Shown here piece after piece: positions 46,796-57,140 of a stretch of 64,000 nucleotides of DNA. Origin of the DNA: Candidatus Thorarchaeota archaeon (GTDB taxonomy: Archaea > Asgardarchaeota > Thorarchaeia > Thorarchaeales > Thorarchaeaceae); assembly GCA_029855935.1 (NCBI GenBank), contig JAGSHN010000022.1:1-64000 (forward strand), in the 5' to 3' direction. The notes under the pieces were generated by a model, which saw only the letters and a program-made list of their open reading frames with translations, made no database searches and was not told the DNA's origin. Position 1 is the stretch's first letter. Every line of letters begins with the position of its first letter. The position numbers and the translations under genes were made by a program.

Positions 46796-48127
46796 ATGCC
46801 ATCCGCGTCGACTTACGATGAGCTGGCGGACAGACTGGAAACCAGAAGCGCGACCGTCGGAGTGATCGGCGTCGGCTACATTGGTCTTCCGACAGCTGCG
46901 ATACTTGCCAGTGAGGGATACAGGGTCATCGGATTCGACATCGATGAGAAGAAGGTGCGAGTACTGAACTCGGGTGGTTGCTACATTGATGAGCCCGATC
47001 TGCCTTGGATTGTCTCCGGAGTGGTCGACGCCGGTCGACTCGTCGGCACAACCGATTTTCGTAAGATGGCAGAGTGCGATGTGCTTATGTTCTGCACCCA
47101 GACGCCGCTCAAGAGTGATGGTACCCCGAATCTGGACATCTTGTTCTCGGCCGTTGACTGCGCGCTGGAACACGCTAGACCCGGTATACTGATCATATGC
47201 GAGAGCACTGTCCCCCCGGGGACGACGCAGCGCATCGTAGAGAGATTCGTCTCCACCGGCTCGTTCCAACTCGACAAGAGTCTCTGGGCCGCCCACTGTC
47301 CCGAGAGAGTCCTTCCGGGGAAGGTCGTGCAGGAGCTCAGGACCAATGACAGGGTGATAGGCGGCATCACTCCAGCATCGGCAACTCTTGCCCGGAAGCT
47401 GTACGAGTCGTTTCTAGACCCAGACAGAATAATGGAGACCCGCGCCACGGTTTCCGAGTTTGCAAAGCTGGCGGAGAACACCTATCGTGATGTCAACATA
47501 GCACTGGCCAATGAGATGGCGATCGCCGCGGACCTCCTCGGGATTGACATCACCGAGGTGATAGCTCTGGCCAACCGCCACCCAAGAGTCAACATCCACA
47601 GACCTGGAGTGGGCGTTGGCGGCCACTGTCTGCCAAAGGACCCGATTCTACTCTCCACAGCGGTCACGGAGAGAGGAGGCAGGCTGGATCTGACCCTGAA
47701 GGCCCGCGAGATCAACTCCGCGATGCCAAGGTTTGCCGTGTCTCTCCTCGAGCGTGTCGTTGGCAGTGACGGGTTAAAGGACAGGAGAGTCTTGGTGCTG
47801 GGAATCACATTCAAGGAGGATGTCGACGACACGAGAAACTCTCCTTCCAAGGTGCTCATCGAGGAGCTGAGAAAGAGAGGAGCCTTCGTCCGCGCTCACG
47901 ACCCGAAGACAGATGAACGGTTCGGAGCCGACAATGTGACGGACCTGAAGAGCGGCATTGATTGGGCCGAGGCCATTGTTCTTGCTGTAGCTCATAGTGA
48001 GTATCGTATTGCTCTGCCACGGATGGACCTCCAGGGCAAGGTCTTTCTAGATGGTCGCAATATCTTCTCACCCAGTGAGATTAGTGCTGGTGTGTACCTA
48101 GGAATTGGCCGTCCGGTGAGGCAGTAG
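46796..48127 (+). CDS. Nucleotide-sugar dehydrogenase (WecC/WbpA type)
   Basis: GVGYIG, ESTVPPGTT, CPERVLPG, KLAENTYRDVNIA, GVGGHCLPKD. Confidence 0.93.
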   Translation: MPSASTYDELADRLETRSATVGVIGVGYIGLPTAAILASEGYRVIGFDIDEKKVRVLNSGGCYIDEPDLPWIVSGVVDAGRLVGTTDFRKMAECDVLMFCTQTPLKSDGTPNLDILFSAVDCALEHARPGILIICESTVPPGTTQRIVERFVSTGSFQLDKSLWAAHCPERVLPGKVVQELRTNDRVIGGITPASATLARKLYESFLDPDRIMETRATVSEFAKLAENTYRDVNIALANEMAIAADLLGIDITEVIALANRHPRVNIHRPGVGVGGHCLPKDPILLSTAVTERGGRLDLTLKAREINSAMPRFAVSLLERVVGSDGLKDRRVLVLGITFKEDVDDTRNSPSKVLIEELRKRGAFVRAHDPKTDERFGADNVTDLKSGIDWAEAIVLAVAHSEYRIALPRMDLQGKVFLDGRNIFSPSEISAGVYLGIGRPVRQ

Positions 48128-48402
48128 CCAGCCAATTGCCACATGGTTTCCATAGGATCGTTCCCCAAGTATCAGACAGACCATCTCGTAGCCCGAAGAC
48201 AGATTGGTGAGACGGCCGCTGAGGCCCAGCGGTTGGCCCGAGATTGCTCAGTCTCAGGCAAGTATCGCAGAGGGGAGGGCACGGTTCAGCTGCTACTCCC
48301 AGCGCAGCTCCTCTCAGCAATGATTCTGCCCGCGCAGTGGTTCCTTTGGGTTTCCAGTTTCCCAATAATCATAAAAGACCAACAGCCAGTTCAACTGGGC
48401 GT

Positions 48403-49572
48403 ATGTCAAGACGTGCAGAGCGCCTCATAATTCGACTTTTTCAGTTCATCATTCTCTGCGCCGACTGGCTATTCCCGAAGGACAGGCGCATCCTGATCTT
48501 TGGATCGCACGCGGGAAAATACGTTGGAGGAAACTCAAGGGTTCTCTTCGACTTCATAAGGTCTCGACGTGACTCGCCTTTCATTTGCTACTTCTTCACA
48601 CGCACTCGTTCCGTTGACCCACACGTTCTCACCCTTCAACCTCCAAGGCTCAAGACAATTATCCTATTCCTTATGGCAAAGACAATACTGGTGACGCACG
48701 GCCTATCCGATATGCATTGGCTACGTTTCTCTCGCCGCAAGTACTACATCAAGCTGTGGCACGGTCGCCCGGGGCTAAAGGGCGATGGCTATTCCATCAG
48801 GCGTGTGTCCCCACAAGTTCTTCGTCGTGTTGAGAGAGAGGCGCGCCAGACGACGGCATTCCTGGTGTGCTCGAGAATCGAGGCATATATGAGAGCGTTT
48901 TCGAATGCCCTGCGCCCACATCAGATACTCCCTCTTGGCTATCCCCGCAATGACATACTACTGAGGGGGAAAAGAACTGGACCAAGTAGGCTAAGAAAAA
49001 TCTTCAGTGGAGTTGATTTTTCCCGCGTGATACTATACGCCCCCACGTGGAGAACATACGCCTCAACAAGATTCTTTCCGTGGGATGACTTTGAGAAGGC
49101 GAAGCTTCTAGAATGGCTCGCTCAACACAATGCCATCCTGCTCCTACGAGCACACAGGAATGACCAGATTCCTGTTGTCGAATCGGAGAGAATAAGAAAT
49201 CTAAGTTTCGACAGATGCGCGGAGGTCACGGAGATACTGCCAGAGGTAGACGTGTTGGTCACCGACTACTCTTCAATTGCCGCTGACTTCTTGCTTCTAG
49301 ATCGTCCTATCATATACGTGCCATACGATATGGAGGAATTCGAAGAGAATGTCGGTGTTTGTTACGACGACGCCTATTCTTGGATGCCGGGTCAGGTGGC
49401 TAGGACGTTCAATGAGTTCCTACTGGCCCTAGAAAAGGCTCTCTCGGATGATGACGGATTCGCAGGCGAGCGTCGAAGAGTCAACCGAATTATCAATAGC
49501 TACCAATCGCGGAACTCCTCGTACAGAATCTTTCTCTACCTCAAGAAACTGCTGGGACTGAGTACACAATGA
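48403..49572 (+). CDS. CDP-polyol:poly(polyol-phosphate) transferase, TagF/TagB family
   Basis: LWHG, GYPRND, ILYAPTWR, LVTDYSS, DFLLLDRPI. Confidence 0.88.
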   Translation: MSRRAERLIIRLFQFIILCADWLFPKDRRILIFGSHAGKYVGGNSRVLFDFIRSRRDSPFICYFFTRTRSVDPHVLTLQPPRLKTIILFLMAKTILVTHGLSDMHWLRFSRRKYYIKLWHGRPGLKGDGYSIRRVSPQVLRRVEREARQTTAFLVCSRIEAYMRAFSNALRPHQILPLGYPRNDILLRGKRTGPSRLRKIFSGVDFSRVILYAPTWRTYASTRFFPWDDFEKAKLLEWLAQHNAILLLRAHRNDQIPVVESERIRNLSFDRCAEVTEILPEVDVLVTDYSSIAADFLLLDRPIIYVPYDMEEFEENVGVCYDDAYSWMPGQVARTFNEFLLALEKALSDDDGFAGERRRVNRIINSYQSRNSSYRIFLYLKKLLGLSTQ

Positions 49573-50315
49573 TGGACATTGTTATTGTAGCAGGTGGACT
49601 GGGAACGAGACTTGCCGGGAAAGAAGGCCGCATCCCTAAGACCCTCCTGCCAGTTGGAGACCGTACGATTCTCGACATCATCATAGGCACAATGAATGAG
49701 GTATTCGACGGAGGTTTTCATCTGATCATAGCTGCAGGTGTCTTCTTCGAAGACCTGAGGAGTTACATTCAATCAAGGTGGAAGGATAGGAATGTCGAGG
49801 TCGTGAGAGCAAGCAAATGGAAGGAGGGCAACGCCGCCACCGTCTTGGCTGCAGAAGAGTTGATAGGTGGACCCCAGTTCATAGTGCAGATGTCCGATCA
49901 CCTATTCGCTCCTGAGACCTACCAGCGCTGTACCGGCAAGATCAACGTGGATATTCCGGCAGTCTGTGCGCAGCCTGCATCTGATGGTATACCGGCCTAT
50001 CTTGATTTGGACGATGCTACGAAGATACTTGCTGACAAGGACAACAGGATACGAGCAATTGGGAAGGATTTGACAGACTGGAATGCCATTGACATGGGAA
50101 TCTTTCGTTTCCCGACTGACATCTTCGAAACAATCCGGTCCCTTCCCTACGGTAAGAAGAGTCTCAGCGAGTGTGTCAGAGCAAGGATTGCGTCTACTGG
50201 CTTCTTCGTTAGCCTACAGCCGGGTGCAATTTGGAAAGACATCGACTCGGAGGCCGACCTACAGTGGGCTACTAGAATGGCAGAAGACGGGCTGTGGGGC
50301 ACCGAGAACAGCTAG
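49569..50315 (+). CDS. Sugar-phosphate cytidylyltransferase, IPCT/LicC-like
   Basis: VAGGLGTRL..PK.L, GN, MSDH, DLDDATK, IGKDL...AIDMGIF, WKDID. Confidence 0.8.
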   Translation: MMDIVIVAGGLGTRLAGKEGRIPKTLLPVGDRTILDIIIGTMNEVFDGGFHLIIAAGVFFEDLRSYIQSRWKDRNVEVVRASKWKEGNAATVLAAEELIGGPQFIVQMSDHLFAPETYQRCTGKINVDIPAVCAQPASDGIPAYLDLDDATKILADKDNRIRAIGKDLTDWNAIDMGIFRFPTDIFETIRSLPYGKKSLSECVRARIASTGFFVSLQPGAIWKDIDSEADLQWATRMAEDGLWGTENS

Positions 50316-50437
50316 GGAATACATCATATCTCCGAGATTTTCCGAGACACAAGGGAGGTTCTTGGTCTAGACAGACAGAGCCGCGAGGGGCCTAGTTTGA
50401 TGTTCGCGTTCCAGAGCACTTTGATTCGACTTTCGGT

Positions 50438-51541
50438 TCAAACCATAGAGAAACGCGGGATTGAAATATCGTCACTGGCCAAGATCTTGGCGATACGTCT
50501 TGAGGCCTGCCCATCACCATAGACCGAAGGGTCATTTGACAACTCCTTTCCCCACATCATACTACACTTTGCAACAATATCTGAGGCATCAGCTCGGGAA
50601 AGAACGTTCGCACCGGCTCGGAGGGTCTCCACCCACTCCGTGTTGTCGCGAACAGTAACGCACGGCGTATTCAGTAGGTAGGCTTCTTTCTGAAGGCCCC
50701 CTGAATCAGTCACCAGCAACTGCGCACGGCTCACGAGAGCCATCATATGGGTATACGGAAAGGGTCGTACTACCAGCACATTATCGCCTAGCCGGAGACC
50801 CGTTTCGGTTAGCTTCTTTCTCGTTCTGGGATGCACAGGAAACACGATCTTGAACTCCAGCCTACTGAGTCCGGAGAGAATCGAGCGAAATCGCCAAGGA
50901 TCATCCACATTCTCGCGTCTATGAAGGGTGAGGACCGCAAACTCATCCACATCTAGCCTCGCAGCCCGCCGCATCGACTCGTAGAACTCGTCACTCGAAA
51001 AAACTTCTAGTTTGTCTTTCAAGACGTCGTACATAGTGTCACCCACGTGGTAGACATCGCCCCTAACATTTTCACGCCGGAGATTGTTGACAGCAGTAGT
51101 TGTCGGTGCAAACAATGCACTAGAGCCGTGGTCTATCAGTCGCCTATTGATTTCTTCTTGCATATACATGTCATAGCTTCGTAGTCCTGACTCGAGATGA
51201 GCAGTCGGAATGTCCATCTTGAAACCAGTCAGTGCCGCCGCCAGTGCCGAGTTAGTGTCCCCGGGCACCAACATACAGTCGGGACGGGTCTCTTCGAGCA
51301 CCGGCACCAGCCGTTCAATAATTCTCGATGTTTGAACAGGGCTACTGAAGCTCCCCACGCCAAGATTGAAGTCCGGAGAGGGAATACTCAACTCTTCTAT
51401 GAACTGGGTGGCCATCTCATAGTCGTAGTGCTGCCCAGTATGAATGAAAACAACATCGATGTCATTCTCAGTGGTCGCTTGGAGGACTGGTGCGGTCTTG
51501 ACTATCTGGGGACGGGTACCGGTGACAACAGCTACTCTCAT
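50438..51541 (-). CDS. wecB: UDP-GlcNAc 2-epimerase (non-hydrolysing)
   Basis: GTRP..K, HTGQHY, GDTNS, HLESGLRS, TLHRREN, TDSGGLQKEA. Confidence 0.93.
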   Translation of the reverse strand: MRVAVVTGTRPQIVKTAPVLQATTENDIDVVFIHTGQHYDYEMATQFIEELSIPSPDFNLGVGSFSSPVQTSRIIERLVPVLEETRPDCMLVPGDTNSALAAALTGFKMDIPTAHLESGLRSYDMYMQEEINRRLIDHGSSALFAPTTTAVNNLRRENVRGDVYHVGDTMYDVLKDKLEVFSSDEFYESMRRAARLDVDEFAVLTLHRRENVDDPWRFRSILSGLSRLEFKIVFPVHPRTRKKLTETGLRLGDNVLVVRPFPYTHMMALVSRAQLLVTDSGGLQKEAYLLNTPCVTVRDNTEWVETLRAGANVLSRADASDIVAKCSMMWGKELSNDPSVYGDGQASRRIAKILASDDISIPRFSMV

Positions 51542-51665
51542 TTCTTGGTCGGCCCCACACGTAGGCTCAGCCATAAGTAAGTGTCGCTACACTTGAAACC
51601 AGAAAGCGGCGTGGTGCCCAGCGACAACAACGATTATAGGGTCACACCCTACTGGGTCGAATGCG

Positions 51666-52739
51666 ATGCCTCCGCTCTCCAAATGGTTCATGAAGCAGTA
51701 TTGGCGGCTCACCACAATACGAGCATTGTTTGGCGTATTATTGGGAATGCTAGTCTTGGGGCGATACTACTATGGTTTCGTTCCCTTCCTGAGAGACCTC
51801 GATCCGTCCATTGCGGGGGCGGTCATTCTCGCGGGGATTCTCCTTGTTGGCTTTCTCTTCTTTGGGTGGCTCTACGACGATGTGCTCCGGCTCTGGAACG
51901 AAAAGTCGCAAGTGGCAATAGAGAAGGATCCCTACTCATATGTTCCCCTTCTACGAGTAAAGATGCTGGACTACCCCTACTTCTATTCTTGGCTGTACCT
52001 GCTAAAGAATCTGGCAGAGGAGGTTGAGGTCTCTACGCAATGGCTCTCAGACCTAGCCGCATACCTACACGAATACTACAGCCGAAGGCCCGACAAAAGA
52101 ACGGACCTGTTTGGTTCGCTGCCAAAGGGTGAGGCATTCCTATTGCGACACCCTTTTGCCGGAGAAGGGTCTGACAAGTCACCACGGCGGAATCTCGCCT
52201 CACGCGCAAAGAAAATGTTTATGCTACAAGTGTGGCGACTCAGTTGGGTTCAGAACTTTACGGGCGTGGTTCAAGATAGCCTAGTGTTTGCTGCTCTCTA
52301 CGTAGGAATCCTATTTGGATTGAACACTGGAGAGGGTACAGTTCCTGTAGGCTTGATGCTAGTAGGTATCATTCTCATCGCGGTTCCCTTCGTGGCGATA
52401 CAAATCGCCGCAGGATGGTACTATGACAAGAAGCTGCAGCTATGGAGCCCCGACCAAGTCGTGAAGGTCGAACGGAATCCGTTCACATACATTCCAGAGC
52501 CGAGGCTCGTAGGCTTCGCAGCACCGTTTCTGTTTGTAACGCTGTCGACGCTTCGCGAGCTGTGTGTTGCGTACGGGATTCCCGAGAGCGATATCGAGAG
52601 GCTTGCAAACCACATTGATGCCTTCTTTGGACTAGCCGCTGGAGGCGAAAGAGGGATTGAGAGGGCGTTGCAGCTGCAGAGGGAGTTCGGAGAGGTCTTC
52701 ACGATTCCCACTACGGTCGATCCCTCAGAGGAGGAATAG
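51666..52739 (+). CDS. Unknown membrane protein, two tandem copies of one domain
   Basis: M(K/L)Q.WRL...GW.YD..L.LW...V..E.(D/N)P(Y/F).Y.P occurs twice. Confidence 0.85.
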   Translation: MPPLSKWFMKQYWRLTTIRALFGVLLGMLVLGRYYYGFVPFLRDLDPSIAGAVILAGILLVGFLFFGWLYDDVLRLWNEKSQVAIEKDPYSYVPLLRVKMLDYPYFYSWLYLLKNLAEEVEVSTQWLSDLAAYLHEYYSRRPDKRTDLFGSLPKGEAFLLRHPFAGEGSDKSPRRNLASRAKKMFMLQVWRLSWVQNFTGVVQDSLVFAALYVGILFGLNTGEGTVPVGLMLVGIILIAVPFVAIQIAAGWYYDKKLQLWSPDQVVKVERNPFTYIPEPRLVGFAAPFLFVTLSTLRELCVAYGIPESDIERLANHIDAFFGLAAGGERGIERALQLQREFGEVFTIPTTVDPSEEE

Positions 52740-52741
52740 AA

Positions 52742-53293
52742 ATGGCAATCAGGAAATGGATAATGAAACAATACTGGAGGCTTGTTCAGGTCAGAGGAAT
52801 TTGGAACCTGTTCTATGGAGTGCTATTGCTGGCCGTCGCCTACTACGCATACGTTCCCGTGTTCCTGCAGATGGGCGCAGCAGGGCCACTGGTTTTTGCT
52901 GCCCTATTGTTGGGAACTTTCCTATTCTTGGGATACCTGTACGACCGCGTCTTCGTGTTATGGGGTCCCCAACAAGAGGTAGTCATAGAACGCAATCCCT
53001 ACCAGTACGTGCCTCATCCCCGGGACAAGATTCTTTGGTTCCCAGTGTACACAGTGTTTCTCAACACAGCCGAGCTCGTACTCAGCAGATTGGGGAGAGA
53101 TGCCACACCGATTCGCGAAACACGCGAGTATTTTGCAATTCTACAGACTCTCACCCCGTACCGAAAAGAAGACCTTCAAGCAGCGCTCAAGCTCAGAAAC
53201 GAGTTCATCGCTCGTCATCCCTTCAGTCAGTTAGTTGACGAGGAAGACGTCGACACGGTGGCCACCGCGGACGGGGAAACTACACATGAATGA
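52742..53293 (+). CDS. Unknown membrane protein, single copy of the same domain
   Basis: WIMKQYWRL, GYLYDRVFVLW, IERNPYQYVP. Confidence 0.85.
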   Translation: MAIRKWIMKQYWRLVQVRGIWNLFYGVLLLAVAYYAYVPVFLQMGAAGPLVFAALLLGTFLFLGYLYDRVFVLWGPQQEVVIERNPYQYVPHPRDKILWFPVYTVFLNTAELVLSRLGRDATPIRETREYFAILQTLTPYRKEDLQAALKLRNEFIARHPFSQLVDEEDVDTVATADGETTHE

Positions 53294-53687
53294 ACCTCTG
53301 TGTTCCGCAGCGCGGCCCGAGGCAAAGAACAGGACGGACTCTCATCATATCATATCATCATGCTTCTTGGCCTCACTCCTTTGATCCGACATCCTGGAGA
53401 AGTGCTGATCAGTCTCCCGAATCTATAGTGTCATCATTCCAATACACTCGCACATCTCTTCGTCTTCGGAATCCTGATCGCGGCACTGGGTGGGCGTGAT
53501 GATGGCAGGGTGAGTGTTCTGTGGAGATCGATATCATTCGTCCCTGAGGCGACATGTTGGAGAGATGTCACTCACGATGATGCCACACAGTCGAGATGCG
53601 CACCGAGGAGGAGTGAAAGGACCCGGCCGAGAGTCGAAACTTTGAAATACAAACCGGGCCGGCAGCTCGGGTAAGCGTGAATAGATA

Positions 53688-54722
53688 ATGAGGGTATTGC
53701 ACCTCGTACCAACCAGTGTAGTCGATTTCGTGAGGCAAGACATTGAGCACCTGAATAAGGTAGCAGGCATCAAGGCCACACCTATGCGAATTGGTTGGTC
53801 TGGTAGAAGAACAATATTCAACACTCTTCTCTCGCTTGTGAGACTCCTTGTGACTGGAATCATCGTACGATTGAAACGGCCAGATGTGGTGCATGCGCAC
53901 TTTCTCCAATCCACCATTCCCGCACTTGTCTCTGGAGTTCCTACAGTGGTAACAGTCCACGAGTCACGTGATATCCCGGCCCTCTTTTGGCGAAGTCTCT
54001 TTGTTGCAACTGCGCGTCGCTGCAAGCGTATCTATATCTCCCACCACAACAAGGAGTACTGGGAGGGGATATTGGGAGATGGCGAGGTGATCTATCACGC
54101 GGTCGACACAGAGATGTACAGTCCTTCCAAACGCAATGATGAACTCAAGAACTCTCTGAAGATTGAACTGAACTGCAAGTACGTTGCCCTTGCAATGGGT
54201 GGTTTTGTTCCCGATAGAGGATTTCACATCATTGTGAAGGGAATCGCCCATCTCAGACGAACAGGCGTTGATGTGGGCCTTGTCATCAAGGGCTATGGTG
54301 CAAACCAAGAATATGCGGCGCATATCAGAGAACTGGCGAGTAGGCTCGACCTGCCTCTGAAGATAATCGAGAGACATCTCACAGATGAGGAGATAGCAGA
54401 ACTGTTCGCATCGGTTGATGTGTATGTGCGTGCAACATTCAGCGATGGCTTTGGTATTGCACCATTGGAGGCCCAATCGTGTGGGACACCTGTTGTAGTC
54501 ACTGATTGCTGCAGTCTGAAGGAGATATTCGCAGACTCATCATTGCGATTCAAGAAAGGTGACTATGTGGGTCTTGCCGAACAGGTCAGCAAGATCTTGA
54601 CAGACACATCAGTTCGCGACGAGCTAGTCAAAGCAGGAATGAAGAATGCACATAGATTCCTATGGTCTGTGAAGATGAGACGATATGTTGCATACTACAA
54701 CAGTGTCCTACGCCGCCGATGA
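53688..54722 (+). CDS. GT4 glycosyltransferase
   Basis: PDVVHAH, TVH, DGFGIAPLEAQSCGTPVV. Confidence 0.9.
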   Translation: MRVLHLVPTSVVDFVRQDIEHLNKVAGIKATPMRIGWSGRRTIFNTLLSLVRLLVTGIIVRLKRPDVVHAHFLQSTIPALVSGVPTVVTVHESRDIPALFWRSLFVATARRCKRIYISHHNKEYWEGILGDGEVIYHAVDTEMYSPSKRNDELKNSLKIELNCKYVALAMGGFVPDRGFHIIVKGIAHLRRTGVDVGLVIKGYGANQEYAAHIRELASRLDLPLKIIERHLTDEEIAELFASVDVYVRATFSDGFGIAPLEAQSCGTPVVVTDCCSLKEIFADSSLRFKKGDYVGLAEQVSKILTDTSVRDELVKAGMKNAHRFLWSVKMRRYVAYYNSVLRRR

Positions 54723-54995
54723 TGAAGAGGCAGGAAATCTCATCATCTACCAATTGTCACAATTGTCAGTAGGCCAAAGAGGACTCTGGTATCCTCAAGC
54801 CCGCTCATATATGACTTGGGATGACACCAAAAGCGTGATTCATTTGAAGTACAGGTCCTATTGTGGGGAGAAGATATGCTATCACGGGCTGTTCGACGCC
54901 GGATAGTCATATGGTTCTGCCGCCATCAGATACGTGTACGAGAGTCTGGACCAAATTGATAAGGGCTAGCCATTCCGCAAGTAGATGAGCCTACT

Positions 54996-56888
54996 ATGTG
55001 TGGCATCATTGCGATACTCTTCAAGAACGGGACGCCACCTCAACGATTTGTGGAGAGACGGGAGCATATTGTCGATGTGATGTCTCACAGGGGGCCTGAT
55101 GGACGAGGAGTCTACGAGGCACCAGTGGTGTTTCTTGGCCACAGACGGCTCGCCATAATTGATCTGTCCGAACGTGCGAATCAGCCTATGAAGAGCTCCG
55201 ATGGACAACACCATATTGTCTTCAACGGCGAGATATACAATCATAGAGAGCTTCGTGAAGAGCTAGAACAGAGAGGTGTCAGATTCAAGACAACATCGGA
55301 CACCGAAGTCCTGCTGGAGGCACTTGTTTTAGATGGAGAGAGGATTCTTCCCCAACTCAACGGGATGTTCGCCTTTGTCATGTGGGATGAGAGTACTGGC
55401 AGAATGCTCATTGCTCGCGACAGGTTCGGCATAAAGCCACTGTACTACTATGAAGACGAGGAGCTGTTGGTCTTTGCATCTGAGATGAAGGCGATATTTC
55501 CGCTAGTGAAGGAGTTGCGGCCCAATGATGGCATACTCTATGACTTTCTTCACTACGGCCGTGTTGACCACGTGGACGAGACTTTCTTCCACTCCATACG
55601 CAGATTTCCAGCAGGGTACTATGCGATTGCGTCCGTCTCGGGAATACGCTTTGAGAGATGGTATGATCTCCGCGCACAGGTGAGAAGTCTTCGAGGTTCG
55701 CCAGAATTTCGCGAGAGAGGAGAGGCGGAGCACGTGGAAGAGGTTCGGAGACGCGTGCTGAGGGCCATAAGGCTACGCCTCCGTAGCGATGTGCCAGTTG
55801 GTTCCTGCCTCAGTGGAGGAATCGACTCCTCGACAATAGTGACGGCCTGCAGTACTCTCCTTGAAGACGAGAAGTCCGTGTTTCAGACGTACTCGGCCGT
55901 ATATGGTGATTGGTTTAGACTAGATGAGACAAGGTACATCAAGGCAGTGCTCGGCAAGACAGGATTTCACGGAAACTACGTAAGACCCACAGTCGCAGAC
56001 CTTGAACAGAGGTTCTCTGACTTTATGTATCATCAGGAGGAACCTGTGAGCTCTACGACCCCTTTTGCACAGTATATGGTGATGTATCTTGCGCACTCGC
56101 ATGGTGCAAAGGTCCTGCTAGATGGTCAGGGCGCAGATGAGATTCTTGCGGGATATGACTATATGGTGGGATTCTATCTCGCTGAGCTATTGCGTAGGGG
56201 CCGCATCCTGAGGTTCATACAAGAAGCCTATGTGCAGTACAGACGAAAGAATCGCGTGGGCCTTAAGGCTGCTCTCGCATCTTTTCTCCCACGGCGCTTT
56301 CGAAAGAGGGCGATGGGGCGTAGACAGCCTCACGTGAGCAGGCAGTTCGCCACAAGATTCCGCAGCCGGAGAATTGTAGAGCATCTTCTGATGGATCCGC
56401 CCGACCTGAATACAGGCCTCCTGAATCACGTATTGTGGAAGCTGCAGCATCTCCTGAGGTTCGAAGATAGAAATGCCATGGCATTCTCTATCGAGACGAG
56501 AGTGCCGTTTCTCGATCACAACGTCGTAGAGTACGTTCTCGCGCTCCCGCCAGAGTACAAGATAAGGAGAGGCGTCACCAAGTGGGTCTTGCGAGAGGCG
56601 TTTGGAGACCTTCTCCCGAGTGCTGTGCTGCAGCGTACAGACAAGATTGGTTTTGCGACGCCGGAGGAGCTATGGATGCGCAATTCCGAGGCGAGCGCTC
56701 TAAGAGAGCTGAAAGTTGCCCCGCATCCGATGCTGGCAGACTATGTGGATATGAAGTGGGTCCATCGCATCCTGAATACGGATCTTCGACAGATACCCTC
56801 GAAGGCCCTCCAGATGCTGTTTCGTGTGGTGTGTCTGCAATTGTGGCTCGACCTGTTCTTTCCCGTGGAGAGTGACAGGCCGGAATAG
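54996..56888 (+). CDS. asnB: AsnB-family glutamine amidotransferase (likely glycan amidation)
   Basis: MCGI, HRGPD, FNGEIYN, LSGGIDSS, GQGADE, ETRVPFLD. Confidence 0.9.
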   Translation: MCGIIAILFKNGTPPQRFVERREHIVDVMSHRGPDGRGVYEAPVVFLGHRRLAIIDLSERANQPMKSSDGQHHIVFNGEIYNHRELREELEQRGVRFKTTSDTEVLLEALVLDGERILPQLNGMFAFVMWDESTGRMLIARDRFGIKPLYYYEDEELLVFASEMKAIFPLVKELRPNDGILYDFLHYGRVDHVDETFFHSIRRFPAGYYAIASVSGIRFERWYDLRAQVRSLRGSPEFRERGEAEHVEEVRRRVLRAIRLRLRSDVPVGSCLSGGIDSSTIVTACSTLLEDEKSVFQTYSAVYGDWFRLDETRYIKAVLGKTGFHGNYVRPTVADLEQRFSDFMYHQEEPVSSTTPFAQYMVMYLAHSHGAKVLLDGQGADEILAGYDYMVGFYLAELLRRGRILRFIQEAYVQYRRKNRVGLKAALASFLPRRFRKRAMGRRQPHVSRQFATRFRSRRIVEHLLMDPPDLNTGLLNHVLWKLQHLLRFEDRNAMAFSIETRVPFLDHNVVEYVLALPPEYKIRRGVTKWVLREAFGDLLPSAVLQRTDKIGFATPEELWMRNSEASALRELKVAPHPMLADYVDMKWVHRILNTDLRQIPSKALQMLFRVVCLQLWLDLFFPVESDRPE

Positions 56889-57140
56889 AATGACTCAGAG
56901 ACCAGTACCGGGCATATGATAGGCCAGGCCTGACTGAGAATCCGCTTTCGAAATGTCGAACCAGCAATAGCCAAGATGAGAGGCCTATGCAGTCATCATC
57001 TCACCGATTCCGAACAGAGTATTGCGTCGTGCCCCTCTCATTCTCAGGGGATTGTTCCACGGCCTTGCGCCATGGTCCCTCAGTAAAGCCATTTGGACAT
57101 ATTATGGCAAAGAGAACGACCAGCCCAGTGAGACGAGATC

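Noticed and set aside
53294-53687. Possible pseudogene remnant (NTLAHLFVFGILIAAL, VanZ-like)
   Set aside because: One short hydrophobic patch with no start codon or further motifs; cannot be supported without a search.
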